Notes under the pieces: model-generated
The model's input: the letters and a program-made list of their open reading frames with translations, nothing else
What the model was told of the DNA's origin: nothing
Database searches by the model: none
Shown: positions 1-12,200 of the stretch, piece by piece
Numbering within the stretch: the first letter of the stretch is position 1
Layout of the letters: each line of letters opens with the position of its first letter
Made by a program: the position numbers and the translations under genes
From: Eledone cirrhosa
Taxonomy: Eukaryota
Assembly: GCA_964016885.1 (NCBI GenBank)
Contig: OZ024751.1
Location: 17,298,001-17,362,000 of the forward strand
Direction of reading: 5' to 3'
Length of the DNA stretch: 64,000 nucleotides

Positions 1-1243
1 ATTGTGTTAGGAGTTTACCTTCTTTTACTATGATCAAAGTTAAGTTACAAAGAAAACAAAAGCAAAAAAAAAAAAAAAAGGAAACACCAAACGCTCTGAA
101 CAGTTCGAGATACATTCAACATTTCACCTGTCCTGGCATGGCTTGTTGCCAAATGATATAGGACCTGGCAACTCTGCTTTTTATTTTTTCTGGGTCTCGT
201 TAAAAATTGGACCAGCTCCGTATTGCGTTCGATCCTTATATCTCTTTCTTGTTGCCGTTCTCTCTTTATTTCTCTCTCTCTCTCTCACACACACACAGTC
301 TCGATCTCTCCTCTCAATCACCTGTGTACAGACCTGGGATATGTTTCGGCAAATTCAAAGTTCCTAATACTTACTGTATATCACCACTGCAGCCCTACAA
401 CTCTATGATGAAATACGAGCCTATAAACATGTTACTAACTGATATAGAACGTAAATTTCCCATCTAACATTCAACATTTAACAGCATTGCACGAGCAGCG
501 TTATAACAATACATTCCATGTTACATGATCTTTTCAAAAATCCCACCTCTTTCGTTTGAAATAAATTGTGTGGGTAAAGATTGTCGCCGAGAATATATAT
601 GGCAGTTTCTTTCTTATTCACAATTGACATATGAAAGATTCGAACATATTCAGTTATTGAGCTAATTTATAGTCAGCTAGGAAACAATCATCTTCGATTG
701 AAGCTAACGGCATGCCATTAAAAAGTTCTAATACGTTTTTCTAATATGGATTAATCTCAATGCCCTTAATTATATTATAAGCATTACATTATAAGCATTT
801 TCTCACGGATTACACTTGCTATACAACTCTTGAATATTTTTGTTAGTTCTAGTTGTGCTAAACGAATGATATTTAACGTGCATGCTAGAAGAAACGTCAT
901 ATGCTTTGATATGGTTATAATGAGAACAGTGTACAGCACTGTGATTTTCATAAAAGAACTTGGTTCTGAATAGAAGTGTTTTAAATTACAGGACAGGAAT
1001 TTTAGCCGAAGGTTGAATTGAGGAGGAACTTTTGTCTCGGACAGAATCCTCACTGGAATGTATAGTATACATTGTGTATATATAAGAAACGGTTTACCAA
1101 TATACCCAACTAGATTGTACATTGAGTATATACACCCATCTATAGTGTATACTGAAATTAAGGGCCGAAACACGCGCCTGATGGATTTTTTCTCTGAAGA
1201 CATGGTGTGCAGTTCTTCAGAAAATTTCTAGCCACCCCGCCTG

Positions 1244-1276
<33 letters not shown>

Positions 1277-1279
<3 letters not shown>

Positions 1280-1575
1280 AGGTCACCTGTTGGTGCTACT
1301 GGTAACATGTATCCCAGTACAACCTGTCTCATGGTCGGGTCGTTGGCGACTAAACTGGCAACTCCACCAAGGTTTCTTGGTGAGGAGGGTGACTTTGGAC
1401 ATCCTGCAGGACTAAAAACAAAACCTGTCAAAGGGAAAAGGAGCTCTTAAGAGTCAATGGCCATCCGAAATCACCGGGAGAGATGACCCCTTAGCCTTTA
1501 TCAAGGCAGAATTCTAGGAGAAGGAAAACTCTGATATAACACCAGCAACCCTGATGGTATCCAATGATGTTGACT
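1277..1575 (+). mobile_element. RTE-like non-LTR retrotransposon 5' UTR fragment next to (TA)n
   Basis: GC-richer block right after (TA)n containing CTAGGAGAAGGAAAACTCTGA (~1514-1534), a motif I recall from RTE-clade 5' UTRs; no ORF. Confidence 0.4.
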
Positions 1576-1884
1576 TGTTTTTCTTTTTGGTAAATATCAT
1601 CTTGGTTAAGAGAGTGGGACTGGCTTTGTGCAGAGCCTTTGCTCACTGTAAAAGCTTCACGGCACAGGCATTGCTTTATATCTGGAGATCTCTCTGCACT
1701 TGTCGTCACATGTTACCATGGGCCCAGCACTATGTGTCAATAATTGTCACAAGTGTAGTGTTTGTACCAGAGTTTTCAAGTCGCTGGCTGGACTAAAAAG
1801 TCACACTCGTTCAGCGTATCGGTAGGGGTTCTCCTACATGGATATAAAGTAGTGGCCGTACTCGAGAGCGAGTTGGCAGCCACC

Positions 1885-1965
<81 letters not shown>

Positions 1966-2092
1966 TATATGCCAATACACCCAACTTTAGTATACAGTCT
2001 ATAGATATAAAATGAAATGCCAATAGACACAACTGTAGTGTACTTTGGTATTTCATTTGAGATATATACAATGTACCAACTATAGTGTGCTC

Positions 2093-2444
2093 CAGGAATG
2101 TCAAACTGATGATCCCCAAGGGCCGCATTGGTCACATATGTGTTGTCTGAGGACCGCCCACGACAACTAATTGTGCACGTTATTTATTGCAGAAAAATGT
2201 ATTACTTAAATTTAGAAACATACAAATATTTTCTTGTAGCTAAAAGAAAAAACATTTGAAATTTTGAAAACTTTTCTGTTTACAACTGTTAATGAGCTGC
2301 GCGGTGATTCGTCGGAAGTTAAAATTAGTGGACAAAAATTGCACAAAAAAAAAATCGTATCGACATTTTTTTTTTTTTATATATTACGAAGATAAAACAT
2401 GCTCGCGCTGTTCCTTTGTGTGGGCCACATGTTTGACATGCCTG
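2093..2444. mobile_element. hAT (Charlie-like) MITE
   Basis: TIRs CAGGAATGTCAAAC / GTTTGACATGCCTG with subterminal GGGCCGCA/GGGCCACA motifs; right flank GTCTAGAT fits the Charlie target preference; left TSD does not match. Confidence 0.55.
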
Positions 2445-2865
2445 GTCTAGATAGATGAGAAACAAAACGAGGTTGTAGTTTATGTGACACCCAAATGATT
2501 TAGAAGTCGACTTTAAGTAGGTGCAAAAACATTAAGAAAGACATGAATGACACCACATCGTTTCGTATTAAAAATATTGAAAATGTTGAAAATGTAGGAA
2601 AGAAACTGAAAATTCGACTTTTTCGCAAATTCAACTTTTTCGATTTTTAAAATTTTCGACTTTTTCGATACGTCGATAATTCAAGAAATCGACTTTTTTA
2701 ATTTTTTTAAGTCGATTACGGTTTCATAATGTATAGATTAGAAACAAAACTAAGATGCAGTTTATGGAATACTCAAATGATTTAGAAGTCGACCTTAAGA
2801 AAGACACCATTCGTATTGAAAGTTTTGAAAGTAGTTTATAATTATGAATTTTCAGCAGATTTCCG

Positions 2866-3092
2866 TAGCTGTCTCAATGGCCTAGTGGTAGGTATAAGAG
2901 ACGGTGGAGATGCTGGCCTTAGGTTCAATCCTGGTGAAGCAATACATGTAAACTTTTTCAGTTTTTATTTTACATCCCATAGAAAAAAACTGAACAGGTT
3001 TACCGGGAAACCTACTCCCCACCAGGATAGAACTTCGAGCAGAATCACCACCGCCCATGATTCCCCCAAATAGGCCGCCGAGACAGCTACAG
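2866..3092. repeat. Imperfect inverted pair of tRNA-like sequences
   Basis: GTAGCTGTCTC..TGGCCTAGTGG (A box)..GGTTCAATCC (B box), with a diverged reverse-complement copy ending TAGGCC..GAGACAGCTAC. Confidence 0.5.
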
Positions 3093-3604
3093 ATTTACAG
3101 TAAAAAATTAATAATTATAAACCTACTTCCAAAAAGGTGTGGTGCCGTTCATGGCTTTCCTCGAGCTATTAATCATATTTAGGGTCGACTTGTCAATCTT
3201 CTGGCTCTTTGGTATCAACCGTATCATTCCTATGTGTCTTTAGCTGTTGAATTAATTTAATTTAATTATTCTATCAAACAAATAATATATATATATATAT
3301 ATATATATAGATAATGGTAGGGTCCAAGCCGTATGAAGAACTCAATGTAATCCGTATGTAGAAGATGTCGTGTAGCAAAGTTTAAAATACAACATTTCAA
3401 CGATATAATTCATTGGAAGCAGACGCAAAATTATACAAATAGTGAAAACAATGAAATTAGACAAAATACGGGTAATTCATAGGAAAACTAATTATTTTAC
3501 GATCGTTTCTGGGGGGTAGTTCTCCGTAAGTTCATTCTGTTAGTGATCTATGTAAAATATATTTAAAATTATCAAATAAGTTAATATACATACGTCTTCT
3601 CTAC

Positions 3605-4633
3605 CATGTATGAATAAGTATCCTTCTAAGAACAAGGTTGAGATTGACCAATAGTAAATATAGGAAGGGGCAATGTAGATCATTAAGCTGGTAGTAGTAG
3701 ATGAATAAATTATCAGTCAGGGGATGAGGTATCGGATGACCCTTAAGAAAAGAAAGTTGCGAGTGTAAAGGAATTTAGACAGATTGTATAGAAATTTCAG
3801 AAAAGTGTGGACGGTCAAGGATGATTAAAGTTGGAGGAAAAGGGTTGCAGATATCAGTGTGTTATATCCAGTAGAATAGCATAGAAACAATCCTAAATAT
3901 TTGTTATTTCTTTGTTCAAGAGGAATAATTTGTTCTAAAAATAGAACAAGTAGAGGAATATAGATGGAACCAAAGAAAAGTATAAAGTAGATAAAAAAAT
4001 ATATAGGTAAGAAAATAATAAAATTTGTGTAAGTATTGTATCGTGTTAGAGTGGTCAGAATGAAGTTTCACCTGTTTTATTTTTGAATAAGAAATCTGAT
4101 TAATAATCTGGTTTTCTTAATAGGTTTAAATGCACGTCTGTTAAAGTTTTATTGGAGCGTATATCTGTTTAAGATTTGATGGTATTTGTGGGTAGGTGGG
4201 AAATGTTTATCGAGAATTGCAAAAACCTTTTAGGGATTTGCCCCATAGTTTGCAAGTTAAATGGAGCATTATACCATGTTACATTTCTTTTATGGTTTCT
4301 AATTGGTTTTCTATTGTTATATTGGGTATGTATTATAAATACAACTAAGCAAATAAAAAAAAATATAAAAGAATATATATATATATATATATCTTCATAT
4401 ATATATATATATATATATATATGTAGATAAATCTACCAAGAGTTTACGATAGTGTCCAATCCGTATGAAGAACTCAATGTAATCCGGATATCATGGAAAG
4501 AAGAGATGCAATGAAAAATCACTTTCGGTGAAAGATAAACGGAATACAGAGTCAAGATAAAATATTTAAAAAATAATGAATAAAACAATGAAACAGTTCC
4601 TTATATTAAACAAAAAAAGTTAAACAAAAAAAG

Positions 4634-4698
<65 letters not shown>

Positions 4699-5640
4699 GT
4701 TGATTTAAAACTTCACTGCTTACAGGTGTTTTTTAAGCTTCATATTATGTTTCACTATTTTATCTCATGAGAACAGAGATATCATCCCATGATGATATTT
4801 GTTTTTGAAAAGCGCATAATAAAATACTTGGAATTATTTTAACCATCTGATCTTATATTATTTATACTCCAGTCCTACAAACTGTAGAGTGCTACATATC
4901 CGATATTTGCATTGCTTTATTGTGTTACAATAAAACTCACCTCCTACATATATATATATATGTGTGTGAGTGTGTGTGAGTGTGTGTGTGTCTATTTTTT
5001 AAAATATTTTTGCTATTGGAATTACTCCATAGATTCAATGCTACATTTCATCCCTATAACTGTTTTAAATAATTAACTGTTAATGAGCACTATATATTAC
5101 ATTATATTCAACACTCTAACAAATCTTTAACAGACATGCATTTAAACCTATTAAGAAAACCAGATTATTAATTAGATTTCTTATTCAAAAATAAAATTCC
5201 CTACGGGTAAAATTCATTCTGAGCACTCTAATACAATACTTACACAATTTTTTTTATTATTTTCTTACATATATATTTTTTTATCTACATTTTACTTTTC
5301 TTTGGTTCCATCTATATTCCTCTACCTGTTTTAGAACAAATTATTCCTCTTGAAAAAAGAAATAACAAATATTTAGGATTGTTTCTATACTATTCTACTG
5401 GATATAACATACTGATATCTGCACCCCTTTTCCTCCAACTTTTCTGAAATTTCTATACAATTTGTCTAAATTCCTTTACACTCGCAACTTTCTTTTCTTA
5501 AAGGTCATCCGATACCTCATGCCCTGACTGCTAATTTATTCCTTTACTACTACCAGCTTAATGATCTATATTGCGCCTTCCTATATTTACTATTGGTCAA
5601 TCTCAACCTTGTTCTTAAAAGGATACTTATTCATACATGT
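3605..5640. mobile_element. Two inverted ~520-bp fragments of one (probably Penelope-like) element
   Basis: ~3605-4150 is the diverged reverse complement of ~5124-5640; separated by (TA)n tracts and other fragments. Confidence 0.65.
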
Positions 5641-5675
5641 TTTTATATTCTTCAATAAACAAAACTCATTATTTC

Positions 5676-5800
5676 TGGCAGCATCGGTAGAGGGTCGGAC
5701 GCCATGCTTTCTAGCATAGTTACGTCCCTTTACGATCTGAGTTCAAATCCCGCCGAGGTTGACTTTGCTTTTCATCCTTACGGGGTCGGTAAAATAAAGT
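5676..5800 (+). mobile_element. tRNA-derived SINE (family S1), 3'-truncated by the adjacent fold-back element
   Basis: TGGCAGCATCGGTAGAG..TCTGAGTTCAAATCCCGCCGAGGTTGACTTTGC..GGGGTCG..AAAATAAAG; same family as many other copies in the window. Confidence 0.85.
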
Positions 5801-6227
5801 TTATGGTATAAAAGAGGTCGTAGACTAATGTTCTCTTAGGTGGTGCATAGAGACGTTCTCTGGCAATGAACGAAAAAACGAATATAATAAGTCATATGTG
5901 GAGCGTGGAGAACAATAGCACGCAAAGACAAAACCACGTATATGGTATAGCAGAAGTTGTAGACTAAAATTCTAACTAGGAGACCGAATGAATCTCCGCT
6001 ACAGAGTTAAGAACAAAGTAAATAAATACAATACTGAAGTAATAGAAACAAATAAATACATACGCGCAAACAGATACGTACATACACAAGCATACGCAAA
6101 ACCTTGTGCTATTGTTCTCCACGCTCCACATATGACTTATTATCTTCGTTTTTTCGTTCATTGCCAGAGAACGTCTCTATGCACCACTTAGAGAACATTA
6201 GTCTACGACCTCTTTTATACCATAAAC
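5799..6227. mobile_element. MITE/fold-back element with ~123-bp inverted arms
   Basis: 5799-5921 is nearly the exact reverse complement of 6106-6227. Confidence 0.75.
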
Positions 6228-6471
6228 GTGGTTCTCTCTTTGCGCGTAATTGTTTTTCACCGCTCCTATTAATGACGTATTATTCGTTTTTTCCCGTTCT
6301 TTGCCAGCGAACGTCACCATGAACCAAAGTATCGTCTTCCTGTCTTCCTCCGGTTGCAACGTTTTTTGAAATATCCAGTACTGCGTTTACAGATTGACTT
6401 TGTTAGTTTCAGAAGATCCCGTTAAGGGTGAAAGCAGCGATTCTTTGCTTAAACTTTAATCTGTTATTTTA

Positions 6472-6517
<46 letters not shown>

Positions 6518-7409
6518 AAGCTATCTTTGTAAAACCATATTTATTTTATTATATATATTTCAAGGGTACCAACATTTTGGTACGCATTCATGAGATAAAA
6601 TACAAAAGTTGGTTTACAGATAGTGACATTTTCAGACGAGAAGTTAATGCATATGATGTTAGACACACGTTGTCGGTGGGTTTATTTATGAAATTATTTT
6701 TAAGTGGTGAAGTTATTTCATCTGATGAGTAAAATATTACAGACACATCATTAGATAATCATTCACACCTCCTCGACTTCGTGAAACTTAACTTAGTTTT
6801 ATTTCTACAGGGTACAGCGAAAGCGGCGTTATATTGTACAGCATTTATAAGTGTATATTTTAGGTCGTTATTCTGAGATAAATAACTGAAATGGCAAGCG
6901 TTTGTTGTTTTGTATGGAAATATCTAACAAGTGTTTAAGCCAAAAAGCTGGGCATATATCCAACACAACCAGCGTGTTATATAGAAGTAGCGACTTAAGT
7001 GCGAAGTTATTGGTGTTAAATTTAATTAAATCCAATATAATAGACACGCAATGCATAAAGGTATAAGAAATGTTTTTCAGATTGTATACAGAAAAACAGA
7101 TCAAAACCAAATCAAAATCATTAATAGCTTGTAGGAGTGAAATTTTCTGAAATATTAAGTTGACTAAACTAACTGTGATAAATATGACAGAAACGAAATT
7201 GTTTACAAAGTAAAAGGAATGTATGTAAACCACACTTGCGTGGTTAGGAGATTTGCTTTCACAACTTCTCGTTCTTGGTCCGACTTCCCTGGGCGGCATC
7301 ATGACTAAGAGATTTTTTACATGAGCAGAATCTGAAAGAGGAACGGTGAGCAGAGGAAAATCGCATGTATATATGTATATATATATATATATATTATATA
7401 TATATATAT

Positions 7410-7907
<498 letters not shown>

Positions 7908-8101
7908 AATAACAGATTAAATTTTAAGCAAATAATCGAACCCTCTTTGTATCGTAGTCTTCACATTTATTATTATTAATATAAATATACACACACAGAG
8001 AAAGAGACCGTATTGCTGAACATACAAGCTGAAACGGATCTGCGCCGTCGCGGGGTAGCCTTTCTCTCTTACTCTCTTACTCTCTTACACTCACTCACTT
8101 A

Positions 8102-8270
<169 letters not shown>

Positions 8271-8314
8271 ATAAGTGAGTGAGGGCTCGATTTTTTATTT
8301 AAAATTTAATCTGT

Positions 8315-8359
<45 letters not shown>

Positions 8360-9021
8360 CAGGGGAAGTTATATATATGGGGAAGGTGTTTATATGTGTA
8401 TTCTCAACGGTCTATACTCCGGTGTTATTTATTGTTAGCGTTCTTTCTCCTGTAACATCTTGTTGGAAAAACCGTGATGAAAAAACCGCAATAGAATTGG
8501 TCCTGGTTGGATATTAACGACCACCTAAAATCTTTATATCTGTGCCCCAGCATGAGCGCAGTCCCATGACTACAACCTAGTAATTAAATAAATAAATATA
8601 TAAAGGAACTAAAGATTATCTAGTCTCTGTGGGGGCAACACGACGTTATGGGAGTGTCTAGTTTGTAACTAGTTCCCAAACCCTTTAAAGGGTTCGAAAT
8701 TAATCTTGATATGCTACTACGAAAGCGACCCCTATGAAAGGTTTAGACAGGAGTCCACATGTAAATTTAATCCGCCCCTGTTTTGTTTTGAAAGGTAAAA
8801 TATATTCTTATTCAAGAAAAGTAGGATGCTTCATTCTGAGAAGAGTGCTTTACTCTCGTGATAAGAAGAGATAAATTTGTATATCTTATACACTTACCGT
8901 AAACATTGGCGTTCAAGAATAAACAATATCCTTCTCTCTTCCTCTATTTATACAACTTAAACCTTGTTGATTGATGTTCGCTATGTGCTTCGAAGACTTT
9001 CTTTACGAGAGAAAGTAAGGA

Positions 9022-9075
<54 letters not shown>

Positions 9076-9212
9076 AAACGAATATATGTGTGCATATGTG
9101 TATATGTACAATGTATTTATATACATGTATGAATATATATATATATTCATACACACAAACATTTTTGTGTGTATGTGAACATATATCTATATATATATTT
9201 ATATATATATAT

Positions 9213-12200
9213 ATATATTAGAAAGATCGAGTATCGAAAAATCGGCGCACGAGTTAACGAAAAACGAAATCCGATATGAGCGGCAGAGGGCTCAATAATT
9301 CAGATGAATCAGAGCTATAACTATCGTTAAAATACCGTCACATATAGAACAAGTCTACAATCAACCATACGATTTAAAATCGATAAAGGAAGATTCGGGC
9401 CAAACAGATAAAAAATATCAATAAAACAATACGTCAATAATTTAAATGAATGTAAAATCATACCCGGACCCACTAGAAAGGTGTTAAATCTAGCTTCATG
9501 GGTTTCTGTAAATCCTTAGACAGTACTCTATCAGCTCACATATAAATATAAAAGCCTACTAGAATAAGTGGAATGGAGTTTACGTCGTCAACGAGTTTTA
9601 TCCTGGCGGCAAAGGAGTCAACTAGCGGTGAAAAACGCACATGGCATTAGACAAGGGAGATGACCCCTATATCCGCGAAAATAATTCGAGTGAATGTGGA
9701 AATACACATATCGAATTAGAGTGCTCAATAGACATGTTAAAATAAAACAAAAGCTATTCATCACTCAATAGAATCGACAAAATATGAGCAATAAAATTAA
9801 CTGGTGGATAGCTATGTCCAGAGCTAAATATATTAGAAAGATCGAGTATCGAAAAATCGGCGCACGAGTTAACGAAAAACGAAATCCGATATGAGCGGCA
9901 GAGGGCTCAATAATTCAGATGAATCAGAGCTATAACTATCGTTAAAATACCGTCACATATAGAACAAGTCTACAATCAACCATACGATTTAAAATCGATA
10001 AAGGAAGATTCGGGCCAAACAGATAAAAAATATCAATAAAACAATACGTCAATAATTTAAATGAATGTAAAATCATACCCGGACCCACTAGAAAGGTGTT
10101 AAATCTAGCTTCATGGGTTTCTGTAAATCCTTAGACAGTACTCTATCAGCTCACATATAAATATAAAAGCCTACTAGAATAAGTGGAATGGAGTTTACGT
10201 CGTCAACGAGTTTTATCCTGGCGGCAAAGGAGTCAACTAGCGGTGAAAAACGCACATGGCATTAGACAAGGGAGATGACCCCTATATCCGCGAAAATAAT
10301 TCGAGTGAATGTGGAAATACACATATCGAATTAGAGTGCTCAATAGACATGTTAAAATAAAACAAAAGCTATTCATCACTCAATAGAATCGACAAAATAT
10401 GAGCAATAAAATTAACTGGTGGATAGCTATGTCCAGAGCTAAATATATTAGAAAGATCGAGTATCGAAAAATCGGCGCACGAGTTAACGAAAAACGAAAT
10501 CCGATATGAGCGGCAGAGGGCTCAATAATTCAGATGAATCAGAGCTATAACTATCGTTAAAATACCGTCACATATAGAACAAGTCTACAATCAACCATAC
10601 GATTTAAAATCGATAAAGGAAGATTCGGGCCAAACAGATAAAAAATATCAATAAAACAATACGTCAATAATTTAAATGAATGTAAAATCATACCCGGACC
10701 CACTAGAAAGGTGTTAAATCTAGCTTCATGGGTTTCTGTAAATCCTTAGACAGTACTCTATCAGCTCACATATAAATATAAAAGCCTACTAGAATAAGTG
10801 GAATGGAGTTTACGTCGTCAACGAGTTTTATCCTGGCGGCAAAGGAGTCAACTAGCGGTGAAAAACGCACATGGCATTAGACAAGGGAGATGACCCCTAT
10901 ATCCGCGAAAATAATTCGAGTGAATGTGGAAATACACATATCGAATTAGAGTGCTCAATAGACATGTTAAAATAAAACAAAAGCTATTCATCACTCAATA
11001 GAATCGACAAAATATGAGCAATAAAATTAACTGGTGGATAGCTATGTCCAGAGCTAAATATATTAGAAAGATCGAGTATCGAAAAATCGGCGCACGAGTT
11101 AACGAAAAACGAAATCCGATATGAGCGGCAGAGGGCTCAATAATTCAGATGAATCAGAGCTATAACTATCGTTAAAATACCGTCACATATAGAACAAGTC
11201 TACAATCAACCATACGATTTAAAATCGATAAAGGAAGATTCGGGCCAAACAGATAAAAAATATCAATAAAACAATACGTCAATAATTTAAATGAATGTAA
11301 AATCATACCCGGACCCACTAGAAAGGTGTTAAATCTAGCTTCATGGGTTTCTGTAAATCCTTAGACAGTACTCTATCAGCTCACATATAAATATAAAAGC
11401 CTACTAGAATAAGTGGAATGGAGTTTACGTCGTCAACGAGTTTTATCCTGGCGGCAAAGGAGTCAACTAGCGGTGAAAAACGCACATGGCATTAGACAAG
11501 GGAGATGACCCCTATATCCGCGAAAATAATTCGAGTGAATGTGGAAATACACATATCGAATTAGAGTGCTCAATAGACATGTTAAAATAAAACAAAAGCT
11601 ATTCATCACTCAATAGAATCGACAAAATATGAGCAATAAAATTAACTGGTGGATAGCTATGTCCAGAGCTAAATATATTAGAAAGATCGAGTATCGAAAA
11701 ATCGGCGCACGAGTTAACGAAAAACGAAATCCGATATGAGCGGCAGAGGGCTCAATAATTCAGATGAATCAGAGCTATAACTATCGTTAAAATACCGTCA
11801 CATATAGAACAAGTCTACAATCAACCATACGATTTAAAATCGATAAAGGAAGATTCGGGCCAAACAGATAAAAAATATCAATAAAACAATACGTCAATAA
11901 TTTAAATGAATGTAAAATCATACCCGGACCCACTAGAAAGGTGTTAAATCTAGCTTCATGGGTTTCTGTAAATCCTTAGACAGTACTCTATCAGCTCACA
12001 TATAAATATAAAAGCCTACTAGAATAAGTGGAATGGAGTTTACGTCGTCAACGAGTTTTATCCTGGCGGCAAAGGAGTCAACTAGCGGTGAAAAACGCAC
12101 ATGGCATTAGACAAGGGAGATGACCCCTATATCCGCGAAAATAATTCGAGTGAATGTGGAAATACACATATCGAATTAGAGTGCTCAATAGACATGTTAA

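Noticed and set aside
784-1203. 139-aa ORF, and other non-repetitive short ORFs (e.g. 6868-7302, 44359-44673, 45008-45403)
   Set aside because: No recognisable motifs, AT-biased composition and no coherent exon structure; small host exons cannot be excluded
2106-2130. CTGATGA in the hAT MITE
   Set aside because: No downstream GAAA or NUH arrangement
3495-3545. GAAAC-GAUC-GUA half-hammerhead (minus); similar halves at ~8034, ~8696 and ~55415
   Set aside because: No recognisable core or stem I partner found
9527-9534. CUGAUAGA on the minus strand as the array HHR core
   Set aside because: Has an extra base and its 5' flank cannot pair with the post-GUC strand; UUGACGA at 9585-9591 gives a full stem I and II
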